Shown one piece after another: positions 24,936-36,932 of a stretch of 64,000 nucleotides of DNA (position 1 is the stretch's first letter; each line of letters starts with the position of its first letter). The position numbers and the translations under genes were made by a program. Below the pieces are notes generated by a model, which was not told the DNA's origin, searched no databases, and worked only from the letters and a program-made list of their open reading frames with translations. The DNA comes from the human T2T-CHM13v2.0 reference genome, Homo sapiens: assembly GCF_009914755.1 (NCBI RefSeq), contig NC_060947.1. One strand, 5' to 3'.

Positions 24936-25342
24936 ATTAGTCTGTTCTCACACTGCTATAAAGAAATACCTGAGACTGGGTAATTTATAAAGAGAAGAGG
25001 TTTAATTGGCTCATGGTTCTGCAGGCCGTACAGGAAGCGTGGCAGCATCTGTTCCTGGGGAGGCCTCAGGGAGCTTTTACTCCTAGTGGAAAGCAAAGCG
25101 GAAGCAGGCTTCTTACATGGCAGGAGCTGGACTGAGAGGGGTTGGGGAGAGGTGCCACACACTTTTAAAGAACCAGATCTCATGAGAACTCACTATTGCG
25201 ACGGCAGCAGCAATGGGGGTGGTGATAAACCATGAGAAACCACCCCTGTGATCCAATCACCTCCCACCAGGCCCCACCTCCAACACTGGGGATTGCATTT
25301 CAACATGAGATTTGGGTAGGGACACACATCCAAACCATATCA
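24936..25342 (-). mobile_element. MSTA/MSTB MaLR solo LTR
   Basis: attagtctgttctcacactgctataaagaaatacctgagactgggtaatttat...ccaaaccatatca; (AG)n on both flanks. Confidence 0.85.
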
Positions 25343-27029
25343 AAGAGAGAGAGAGAGAGCTGTATTTTAATCTTTGTAGCCCTTTCACTACTACATAATA
25401 GACATTTAATAAATGCTTGAAAGAAATAAAGAATAAATGAATACTACCTCATAAGCACTTGGAGTGACAGGGATCCTGTCTTAGCCATCTGTGTGTCCCC
25501 TAGTTCCTAGCCCAGAACTTTGCAAAAGTAGCTGCTCAATACAAGTGAGTGGGTTTGAATGAAGGCCCAGACTCCCAGAGCTGCTGGACATGTCAACTTT
25601 ATCTAATACATTTTTCCTGCTGAAAAACCAAGTTTGTACTGCACCTGAGTCAGTGCTTTCTATAAATCAGAGACTCTTCTAAAATATCATCAGGCCCTAG
25701 AATGTGTACTATCTCTCTAAGGTTGTGCCCTCCCCCACTCACTTTCCCCACCCCTGCAATTTTTCTTTGTTTTACCACATTCCCCTCTCTACCCCTTCTC
25801 TCTAACCTCTTTTGATAATGCCATCCATCCCCTCTCTAGACCCCTGTGAATGAGAATTTCTTCTTTGTATTGAATCTAAATGTCTTCTATTGCAATCCTG
25901 TGGATAAATGAAACCCATAGTTGGTGCAAAACCCCACTTGAGCTATTTGTGCCAATTTCATTTCCCTGCCAAAGTATACAGGGAGTCATTAACAAGTAAC
26001 AAAAGCAATCAAACACATTTCCTTCAAGAATTTACATGGGACAATGCCTGGCATTGTCAGGGATCTCAAGAAGTATAAGCTGTGGCTCCTCTTGTCAGAG
26101 GCATAAGGATGTGGCTGCAGATGTGTATGGCAATCTAAGATAGTCTGTGAGGAGTGCAAATGAGAGGTGGGAAACAGTGAGTGGCCCAGCAGCTTGGGAG
26201 TGGGAAGTAGAAGGCTTTTGTTGAAGATGAGGCTTGGAGGGTAGATAGATGGCAAACAGTGCAGGCATTCTAGGTATACAAGCCAACCAAGGTAACCAAG
26301 TTGGGCTCTCCTTTTTCCCTGATCCAATCCTCTTATGAGTTATTTGCTCTGGAAAACTCAGAATGCAAAAGAGACAGAACACAGGGAAGGAAAGGAGTTC
26401 AGATATTTCATATACTGAATACCTGAGTACACTGAATACCCAGCTATCTATCTTTAACCAGAATGAAGAAAGGGGGGGGGGGTGTGCGTTTCCACTGCTG
26501 TAGCAAAGGTTTTCCATCAATGTCATCTTTCCCTGATGATATGTATACTCTAAGTCTCAAAGTGGCTTATAGTTGTTACTGGTAAATGGGCAGGGCCCTC
26601 TCTTGCAGCCATAGTCTCCTCAGAGCAGCTCTTGGCGGGTGTGTCCTTCTGTAAATAAACACAAGGCAAACCCTGGCTTCTGTGGCTGGTTCATCTCAAC
26701 AACTGCTCTCTGAGCTGAAGTGCACCTGGAATTTTAAAATAAAAATGGATGGAATGTGTACTATCCACAGGTGAGAAGTGTTTTTTTTCCCCTCCTAAAG
26801 ACAACCTGATAAATGTGAAAGGTAGAAAATAATGACTGAGAGATATGAAGGGTGCAGAAGCTAGGCTGATTATCCCCATGGGAGGAAGAGGCTGCTGAGG
26901 GAAGTGCATGGGCCTGGGCTCAGAAGACATTGGCTTTGGTTTTTGCCTCTGCCAAAAATCAGCTCTGTGATCTAGGGTCAAATATTTTAATCTCAGTTTT
27001 CTCATCAGCACATGAAAGGAGTGGCCTAA

Positions 27030-27365
27030 ACAGTGGCTTTCACAGTGTTTTGACTGCTATTCAGAGTAAGAAACACATTTTTACATCACAACCCAGCATA
27101 CACACACACAAACACACACGTGTGTGCACATGCACATGTGTGACACAAGTGATAGCTTCACAAAACAACACTGCATGCAGTGCTCTTGGGTATTTTCCAG
27201 TCTGCTCTATTTTATTTCATTGTTTCTGTTTGTTTGTTTTTTAATTATACTTTAAGTTCTGGGGTACACGTGCAGAACGTGCAGTTTTAAAATGCTAGTC
27301 TTGACCTGCTAAATGGATTTCACAATCCACTAATGTGCCATGCTCTTGCAGCTTGAAAAAAAAAA
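27030..27365 (+). mobile_element. MER119-like hAT element containing a ~60-bp antisense L1PA 3' end (about 27225-27287)
   Basis: gtaagaaacacatttttacatcacaacccag; nested ttatactttaagttctggggtacacgtgcagaacgtgcag. Confidence 0.55.
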
Positions 27366-30079
27366 TACAGAAGTCCAAATTTCTGAGGTCCCTTCCATTA
27401 GTAGAATCCAATGACTCTGCTAGATGCCTAAAGGAATTTTCTTAAAACAATAGCTGAGCTGTGACAGATGACTATGTGCTTACATTCTGGAGGAGGTGTC
27501 TGGTATAGAACATGGCAGCAGAATGACCTGAAGATAAACAAGTAAATTACAAACTGCTGCTAAGAAGAATGTCTAGGACTGCAACTCTGCCACTGGCTCA
27601 GAGAGTTAGGATCGCTGAGTCATTACACTAAATGCTGTCCAAGTCAATAGATGGCAGAGACTTGGGGACATTGAACCTGTCAGAGAGGTCACAGGCTCCC
27701 CAGTTGTGGGCAGTCTTCTTTCCAGTTTCCAGAAATGAGACCCTCAAAGAGTGATCTTTAGTAGCCTCATCTTTGTTTATACTTCACTCAACAAGAAGAC
27801 AGGCAAAATAAAGCAAAAAGAACCTTGGAGAGCTCCAGACTTTCCTCTTGTGAATTTGGACCCTGATCCTGGCCTCCCAATCTTCTTTTGTTTTCAGCCC
27901 AGGAAAGGGAACTAATATTTATTAAGCAGTGACACATGCCAAGGATGTTGTTACTTAATTGGAGCCTGAACCACTGCATGAAGGCTCTGTGATTCCCCTT
28001 TCATAGAAGACTTGCTCTGGATCACACTGATGCTGTGATCCATCTTTCCATCCAAGAGCCCAAGCTCTTTCCACCAGCCCATCCTGCCATAGCTTAACTA
28101 CAGAGTCTGGGTGGATTTTGGTGACTGGCATCAAATGGAGGGCAGGACAGGACAGGGCAGCACATCACTCAGAGATCAAAAAGTTCAAACCCCTCCTTTG
28201 TAAAGATGGGGAACTTGAATCCAGGAAAGGTTCAACGACTTGCACAATGTCACATGGTGTCAGAACTGCAACTAGAACCCAGGCTTCTACTGGTCTTTCC
28301 ACAGGATGTTGGACATTAAAACAACCATGGTAACAGCAATAATTAAACAGTCTTCCTGGTATGAAGCATCGTTTTGTTTTAGAAGCTGGGAAAACTATTT
28401 CTAGGGGAAAAATTGTTCTAGATCCTTTTAGCGTACAAATAAACACACAGATATGTTCTCCTGTTCTGTAAGTGTTGGAATGTTTCAAGATGCTGGAATT
28501 TGTTAAGAGACCTAGATCTTTCTGATGCTGAGAGGTGAACATGAGACACCTCATCCATAGTGGGGAACAAATCTGAATTATTATGGTTCTACAGAACAGG
28601 AAGCCCAGCAAGGAAAGACTCTGGGAAACTGGCTCTGGCTTTGGGCTGCTCTGCAGGTGACAGGAGCCTTGGTGGTCCTTGCTCTCCTTGTACTTTACCC
28701 TGTTCCTTCCTCCAAACTGCCAAGCAGAGTGGGCAAGGGGATGGTTACCGAGGAAGAAAGGGCAGGCAGGAATAAATGGGTTCACTTGGTGAAATCCCCT
28801 TCCCATCCTCCCAATAGATCTGAGCACTCAGGCAGCAGCAACAGACACCTTAGGGAAATTTCCCATTTTGCCTACCAAGCTGATGGCTCCTGAGGATTGG
28901 CTTCAGCATAGCAGGGACCTGGAGAACAAACTGGCTATGTATCTGTGACACTGACAATTTCAGGTGCTTATTAATTGATTGATATGCCAACACACTCCTC
29001 CCTGTCATGGGGCACCAGAACGGATGGTTTGTGGAGGGATGTGTTCCTGCCCACAAAGCTATGTGTTGGGGGTGGCTGTGGTGGTAGAAGGGCAGGAAGA
29101 AGATTAGCAAGATGTGGGTGGGTAAATGTGTCTGCAGGCACTCTGAGAACGTTTAAAAATTTTTCTTCCCTCCCTTGAAGGGGTACAAATTCCATTTCTG
29201 AGTCATTTTGTGCATTTTTCTGAAAATTTCACCACATGTAGCAGTCAAACTTTGATCTCAGCTGTCACCTCCCCCTTCTTAAGGAAGAAGGAGTAGCAGG
29301 GGAGAAAGCCAGTGTGGGGTGGGGATGTGAGGTAAGGAGGCTTTCTAGGAAGGGAGGCCAAGAATAAGCATTTTGCACTGCTCCCGGGGGCATAAAGCTG
29401 TAAGGCAATGGGATGCTCACAAGGCTAGGAAAGAGAGAATCAAATGAGTAGCACCCCTAACAGGGCAGGGGAGATGGGGTTAGAGAGGCTGGGGCAAGAC
29501 TAAGTTTGCCCCTGATTTTTACCCCTTCCCAGTCGTTCATAAAACCAAGCTTCCTCCTGCTCTTAGAAACGGGCCTAGTCTTTCCAAGAGAGTGGCAGCC
29601 ACTAGTTTTCCTTAATGTCTAAGTTAGCTCATTTCAGAGGACCCCAGTGACCATATCCATCCTTCCAATACATTACTATGAATCAAGATCTTGACAATTC
29701 CATTATCTCCAGTGTTTGACAGGGGAATGAACTAAGATCAGTCTATAAAGACTTTTCATTGCCCTGTGGACATTTCCTGCGATGGCATTTTCTTTCAGCA
29801 GTTTGCTTTTGTGGTTATCTGTTTGTGGTGTTGTCTTTCTGATATAATAGAACACATCTTCCCAACCTCCTGCTAGGCACTTTCTGGAAGAGTCACTCAG
29901 TTCTTGGTTATACCTGATGCTATGGATGATACAGAGAGTAGCAGTTCTGAATCTTTGTTCTTTATTTTGAAAAGCACTAGATCCTTTTTATGTGGCAGAT
30001 GGCCCATTCTCACTCCCCTACCCCATCACCCTTAGCTTAGGGAAACTTATTTCAATATTGGTTTGGGAAAGAGTGGCAG

Positions 30080-30280
30080 CTTAGAAGCCAAACAGAGATG
30101 GTTTCTGATCCCAGGTCTTCTACTTACCAGGTGGATGACTTAGCAAATTTACTTACTTTCTCTGAGTTCCCATTTCCTTATCTATAAAATAGGGGCAATA
30201 TTTTCCTCTTTGAGTTGTGTGCGGGTACCATGATATTATTAATATAATGCACCTGGCTTAGAACTTGGCATATGGTTGGA
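30080..30280 (+). mobile_element. MIR SINE
   Basis: tttacttactttctctgagttcccatttccttatctataaaatagggg core. Confidence 0.7.
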
Positions 30281-30505
30281 GCTTCCCACAAGAGCTTGTA
30301 GTCTTAGATGAGGGAAATGATACATCCAAAAAACCTTTTTCCTGTTGTGGAGGATAAAAATGACACATAGAGCCTTATTTCCTGTTGTAACCCTTGTCAT
30401 TATCTTCCCCTTTCTTGGGGAGCAGTAACAGAGGGGAGGAATTGACAAGACAAAGCAAGTGACTGACTCTAGAGAAGTAGATAAAGTAGTGGGAGTGTGC
30501 ATTAG

Positions 30506-30873
30506 TGATATGGTTTGGCTATGTCCCCACCCAAATCTCATCTTGAATTGCACCTCCCATAATTCCCAGTGTCATGGGAGGGACCTAGTGGGAGGCAATT
30601 GAATCATGGGGGCTGGTTTTTCCAATGTTGTTCTTGTGGTAGTGAATAAATCTCGTGAGATCTGATGGTTTTATAAAGGGGAGTTCCCCTGCATATGCTC
30701 TCTTTGCCTGCCACCATATAAGACGTGACTTTGCTCCTCTTTTGCCTTCTGCCATGATTGTGAGGCCTCCCCAACCATGTGGAACTGTGAGCCCATTAAA
30801 CCTCTTTCCTTTATAAATTACCCAGTCATGGGTATGTCTTTATTAGCAGCATGAGAATGGACAGACTAATACA
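30506..30873 (+). mobile_element. THE1 (THE1C-like) solo LTR
   Basis: tgatatggtttggct...actaataca with perfect 5-bp TSD attag on both sides. Confidence 0.92.
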
Positions 30874-31453
30874 ATTAGTTTTCTATTATTATTTCTATTA
30901 TTGCATAGCAAATCATTGCAAACTTAGCACCTTAAAACAACACCTATTTATTATCTTTCAATTTCCATGGGTCAGGAGTCTGGGTATGAGTTGACTGGGT
31001 CCTCTGCTCAGGGTTAACTGGGCTGAAATCAAGGTGTCAGCTGGGCTCATCCCATCTCATCTCATCTCATCTTAGGCCCAGAGTTCTCTTTCAAGTTCAT
31101 TGGTTGATGGCAGAATTCAGTTTCTTGAAGTTGTAGGAGTGAGGCCCTCAGCTCCTAGAGGCCACCTGCCATTCCCTGCCACATGTCCCTCTCCACAACA
31201 CGACAGTTTGCTTCTTCAAGGCCAATAGGAGAGCATCTCTGTTGCTTTTTGTCTCTTTTAAGTATTAACTCAGGATTATACTCTCTCTTTTGATTAACTC
31301 AAGTCGATTGAGTACAGACCGTAAAACCCTTTTCGACTTGTAATGTAACTAAGTCACAGGTTCTTCCCACACTCAAGGGAAGGGGATTATACAGGGTATG
31401 TGCACAAGAAGGCAGGAATCTTGGGAATCATCCTAAAATTCTGCCTATCACAC
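30874..31453 (-). mobile_element. MLT1D/E-like LTR whose terminus is interrupted by the THE1
   Basis: aaacttagcaccttaaaacaacac...gctgaaatcaaggtgtcagc...aaaattctgcctatcaca; terminal tgtgcattag lies left of the THE1. Confidence 0.7.
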
Positions 31454-34354
31454 AGTGGCCCCTGGACGTATGCAAATAAACAGAGGAAAAACCTTCTTGC
31501 TTTGCTTTGTTCCATTTTTATGAGAACAAACATTCCTAGGGCACTAAGCCTGCTATCTTGCATAACTTAGCCATGGTGAGATTGTTAAAAAGGGAGGAAA
31601 AGGGAGCATGGTGAACCCGAAGATGCAGGGCAGCCTTACAATGGCAGTGGAGCAGCTCACGAATGAATGGATTCAACTGTGGTTGAACTGTTACTTAGGA
31701 AAAGGAATAGATTTTTTAAAGAAGGAAAAGGGGGACAGTTTTCCCTGGAAGAGCTCCATTAGTGGCTGTCTGCCTGCCTCTAGTGGACACGTAATACTAG
31801 TTAATGCTCTGTGACCAAATGACGTCACTGAGAGCAAAGGCATTAAAGAGTTTTCCTCCTTTCCCTGTCTAAGAGATAGACAGGATGGTGGCAACTGATG
31901 AGTGAAATGTTCACCTGCTAATGTGTGGCAGAAATCCGATATAGCTTCTCAATGGAGAAAGAAAAAGATTTTGGAAAGAAAAAGGTGATGATCCCTGGCC
32001 CTGCAGGTTGTCATTGTGAGGGTTGGTTCTTCCCAGGAGCCATGACTAGGCTGCCCATGCTGGAACTCATGCATTACTCTTTGTATCTGTGAATTCACAG
32101 TCCCAAGCAGCAGGCAGAGTTTAGCAGCCCAGGAACTCAGCACTGGCTTGCCCAACAAGCACAGTAGAAATGTGTTTAGGGTATCAGCAAAGCATGGGCA
32201 CCAAAAAATGCTTTTTTTTTCAGGTAACTTGATATTTAATATTTAATAATGAGGGAAGAGAATTTGCTGAACATCTTTACACTAATTTTATGATATGCCA
32301 ATTGATTCTGAAATTTGGGATCACCTGCTGCAGAAAGGTGGACGTGGAGGAGTGAGGACTATAACCTTTTTGGCGTTCAAGGCCTCTAGAGTCTTGATGC
32401 CTGAGACCATCCCTAGGGAACTGTATAATACCAAAATAGGAAAAGTCTTCCAGTGTCATTGCTCCCAAACTATTTCATCCAGGCAGAATCACAGTTAAAC
32501 CATTTTGCACAAAGCCAGAGAACAAATGCTTTATGAGGGTCGGGATTCCTGTGTGTTTTGTTCTGTGCTGTGTTCCAACACCTAGCACCATGCCTGAGAC
32601 TAAGAGCTACTTGGGAATGTTCCATGGGTGGATGGATGTTTCCATTTTCAGCAGCGTCTTCCCTTCCCTCATGTTGCCCAACTCCTTTCACTCCTACAAG
32701 ATCCCAAGGCATCATCAGAAGACATTTTGTGTTTCTCAAACCTGCCTGATGATAAAAATAACTTTTCATGTAATATAGATTACCAGGCCTTTCTTTTGGA
32801 AATTCTGATTCAAAGTCTAGGTTGATGCCCAGGAATCTGTGTTTTTGACAAGCACTTCTGATGAGCCTTTTCTTCAGATGAACATTAAGATAAATAGGAG
32901 GGGCTCAGGTTTTCCCCACACAAGAATTAAAGAGCCATGGCCACTTGACCTGGTTTCTGAGGGGCTGTCAAAAGTTACCACCCTAAGCCTCTGGTCAGCA
33001 GTGCTGAGGGAATGAGGGACTAGAAGAGTCTTCTGGTCTACCTCTTAGTCACCTTGGCCCAGCCCTGTATCCTGGCTCCCACCTTCCTGAAAAGACGAGC
33101 CTAAGGGAAGGGGTGCTCAGAAGCCCCTCTACTTCTAGGACTGCCCACCTGGCTTCTTGCCCATTCTTTCCACAGACATGCTTTCTGTTCTGTCCCTTCT
33201 CCCAGCTGTCATGAGCACATGAATTCATGGTCCTCTCTGTTGGGTTTGGTAACGACCTCTGCCCCATTGGGTAGGAGTTGACTTTTGCATGCAGGGAGAG
33301 CCTGATTTCTCAGTCAATCCCCCATTACTGAACCAGAGTGGAAAGAGATGAGACTGGGAGGTGGGGGGAGCAGGGTGGGCCCAGGACAGGAGTCTGGATC
33401 TGGATAGTGTGTCTGGAGGGTAAAGCAGACTGGGCCAGTTCATGCCATTCCCGAGGCTGACAGGCTACCCAGGTGCTTGTGAGGTCCTCTTTGCAGCCAT
33501 TTCTTAGTAAAAATCCTCCTGGTTCCTAACATCTGCTTCCAGCAGAATTTCTGTTTAACTCATGGAGAGTTCCATCCTAGGATCCCTGTGTACATGAAGA
33601 AGATGAGAGTGAGTTAAATGCTGTGTTTGGGGGAAGGAAGCCTTCCTTCCTTGATCTCTTGGATGAGTTGCAAAAACTCATCTTGCATCTGCAGTTTCCC
33701 TCCCTTAATACTCATTACCTCTATGATGGTTTCTTTAATGCGTATGCTCACCCCTGGGTGAAACCAAGGAAGAGCAATGCTTTGAAAGATGACAGGCAAT
33801 GGAGCCGGTAGGTGTAGGGCATGATAAGGATACCTTGGGGACGGGACCACAAGGGACAGAGGCAGGGCAAGGTATAGGCCGAAGTTCAGGTGGACAGCAG
33901 GGGCGGCGTGCAGAACTACAGCTCTGAGGCCCTGCGGCCAGAAGGCTGGAGCTGAGGCAGCCTTTCCATTCATCTCTGAGGCTTTCCTCCACATTTTTCA
34001 GAAACAGGACCCCCATCTCCACCCCCAAGCAGGCTAGCCAGGGGCTTGTCAGTGTTGATGAGCGACTGTGCCAAGGGTGAGGAATGAAGGTACGGAGAGG
34101 AAATTAGCTAGTCATAGGTAGACGGTTGGTGTCTTGGAGCCTCCCGTGCCTCGGCTCAGGGGCAAAAGTTGTCCCTATCAGTATCATAAATGCCAAACCT
34201 TTCTCCGGCCTTGAGTTAGTTCTTAATGTGAATGCAGTAGTCTGGACTTCCACTCCACCCAGACTTTACTCCTGTCCTCTTCCCCACCCCAGGGTTGGCC
34301 AAAAGCACAACTTAAAGCCACTGATGGACAACGCCCTGTTTCTTTGTCTTGCAG

Positions 34355-34507
34355 CCGTCTCCAACCTGGACATAGAGAGTAAGCTGAGTGTGTACTACCG
34401 CGCCCCGTGGCACCAGCAGCGCAACATCTTCCTCCCAGCCACAAGGCCACCCTGCGTGGAGGAGCTGCACCGCCACGCCCGGCAGAGCCTGCAAGCCCTG
34501 CGCAGAG
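34355..34507 (+). CDS. NHS: NHS exon 2 (153 nt, phase 1-1), C-terminal part of the WAVE homology domain
   Basis: Acceptor tttctttgtcttgcag|CC, donor GAG|GTGACA; translation (A)[50 protein letters not shown] recognised as NHS. Confidence 0.96.
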
Positions 34508-35169
34508 GTGACAGATCCTGGGCTTGGGGGCTTTTGCGGGAGACAACTCGGAGGTTGTCCCATCCAGGTGTCCTCTGTCCCATCAGCCCCAACACACCCC
34601 CTTATTATAGCAAGTACTTTGAAATGCTCCCGTTTCTACCCTGAAATGAAATCCATGGGTAATATGCCCAACCCATACACATAAGAAAAAATAATATTAT
34701 GGTCTAAATATGATAATAAAGAGAAATTAAAAGGAAATTATTGATAATAATATCTATTTCAATATGCAAATGCTCAGGCATGACCTCACTAGAAGACATC
34801 ATGAAGCAGTCAGATGTCTGCACTTGTCAAAAGCAAGTCTGGATTAAGTACAGACCTTCAGAAACTATTCCGAGGGGCAGGAGGGCATGACCATAAAAAC
34901 TGGTACATTCAGTATATATTAGATATGGGCAAAAAATAAATACTTTGGATTAGAATGAAAAGGGAATTTGGCTTGACTCATAAATAGGCACTAGGTTTTT
35001 CCCCTATAAGAGATTCTGATGGAACATTTAAAATTGTGTGAGACCTGGGACACATTTTCATTGACCATCCTCTGCATTATGGGATGGCTGTCATCTTTGG
35101 CTCCCATCCAATCATTGTAACAATTAGAATGATCCCCTAGAGGGCTCTTCTGCTTCTCTTGAGAACCAG

Positions 35170-35330
35170 TGATCGGTCTAATGCCCCCATTCTTTAGTGG
35201 GACACGCGGAGGCCTAGAAAGGTGAGGAAACTTGCTCAGGGTCACACATAGCAGGTTAGGTGTGGTACCAGGACCCAACCTAAGCCTCTGAAATGCCTGC
35301 CAGAGCTCTTTTCCTCCTTGCCATACACTG
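35170..35330 (-). mobile_element. MIR SINE
   Basis: gaggcctagaaaggtgaggaaacttgctcagggtcacacatagc. Confidence 0.65.
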
Positions 35331-35798
35331 TGTCTCATGGAAATAGGTACTGATGTTTACATGTCTCTCACAGTCCTGAGAAAGCTAGAGATAGGCTCAT
35401 AGCAGTCAAAATAGGAATACAGTTTTTTCTTACACTGGTTGCTTTTCAGTGCCTTAAAACCATTCTAATTAGGACAAGGGGAATAAAAAGTAGCTTCATT
35501 GTTTTAGAGCCCCCTAAATTGGGTATCAGAAGGGGACATGTCAGCTTTTTTTGGCCTTTAGATTCTTGCTATGGAGATAGATGGTGTCTACACATTCAAT
35601 GTCTTTCTTCCAAATTCCCTACACTCTTTTAAGAAATGGCATTTTGCAAAAGTATTAAAATGCAAGTAAAATATTTTAATGTCATTATCAAAGTGGAGAA
35701 ACAAAATGGTGATATTGTTTTCATCTTATTTATTCCACATTTGTATAACTCCTGCCTTTTCCCCATCCTTATCTTCAATAGTTTGTTGCCTTCAATTA

Positions 35799-35850
35799 TC
35801 ATCTTTTTTCCCTCCTCATCTTTTTTCCCTTCCTCATCTTTTTTTCCTTT
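35799..35850. repeat. About 3 copies of a 17-18-bp pyrimidine-rich tandem unit (tcatcttttttccctcc)
   Basis: Direct reading of the sequence. Confidence 0.8.
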
Positions 35851-36899
35851 TAATGAAAGAGCTAACCTCCTAATATCCCTAAAGCAATTGTTTCTAAAAA
35901 TTTTCCTTGGTTATTAGGGGAAGACATTGTGACACTTACAATGAAGAGTGATGATCAGTATCCTGTAGAAGCATCTTTGGCATACTTACCATTCACTTCA
36001 ATTTTATAGTTGGCTAAGAAGTTCTTTTTTAACTTAAGCCACCTTCTGAAAATCTTTCTTTCCACACTTGCCATTCCTTTGCAGCCTGGATTAGGCACCC
36101 TTCCCATAATATCCTGTGCATCCTCCCATCCTGCCACTTAGAATCTTATAATCAACCACTATGGGCCTGTTTTACCAACCAACCACTAATAAGCCATTAA
36201 TCTATGAGCAACTCAAGGGCAAGGATGATATCTTATTAATTTATTTTATTCAAAGCACTTAGCATGAAGCTGACATATAGTAGGTCCTCAATGAACATTT
36301 GTGGAACTGAATCAAGTTTTGCAAAAAACTGGTTGAACATTGAGGGCACAGGATGACTATAAAGGAATCTGATCGTTCTCACCAAATCCTTTCTCAGGTC
36401 CCATCATTAGAAATCTTGGGTAACATTAGCCCTTTAGGTATAATTATTTTTATCCCTTTATTTTATTAATAAGTCATCCCTGATTAGGATTTTATGGATT
36501 CCACCAGATAACACCAAGCTGCTCGTAAACTATCACATTTCACTGCTTTGTCAGGTTTAGACTTAAAGCAGAACTGAAGAACAGCAAGTGCCGATATCAA
36601 TTTTCTCTGAACTTCCTCCTGTGGGGCGGTGAGAGAGGGATGTGGGGCCTCCTGGGGTTTGGAAGGAAGACTGTGGAGATGCGTTTTACCCTCCACAGAC
36701 TGGCTTGTTTTGCGGTTGGCTCAATAGCATATCTTGGGTGTAGTAGTTTTAATAGCACTGCAGAGAGCCATAAACAAGAATTATAGCCATCATGGAATTA
36801 AAAACATGCAGTGTAGAATTAAAATTAGAAAGTGACTTTTTTTTTAACCTTGTCCAAGAAACACAATAGCATACTGCTGTATTCATCAGCATAATCTGC

Positions 36900-36932
36900 T
36901 TCTGCCATCTGGTGGCCATGAATAATACTGAC
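36900..36932 (-). promoter_or_regulatory. CTCF motif
   Basis: Minus strand TGGCCACCAGATGGCAGA matches the core; gTCAGTATT upstream resembles the upstream module. Confidence 0.65.

Noticed and set aside
28165-28827. Longest ORF in the window (220 aa, minus strand)
   Set aside because: It partly overlaps a MIR-like relic, shows no recognisable domain and has no supporting gene structure.
34126-34644. 172-aa ORF spanning exon 2, with an intronic in-frame ATG at 34324
   Set aside because: Only the part between the AG and GT is NHS-like; the flanks are intron read-through.
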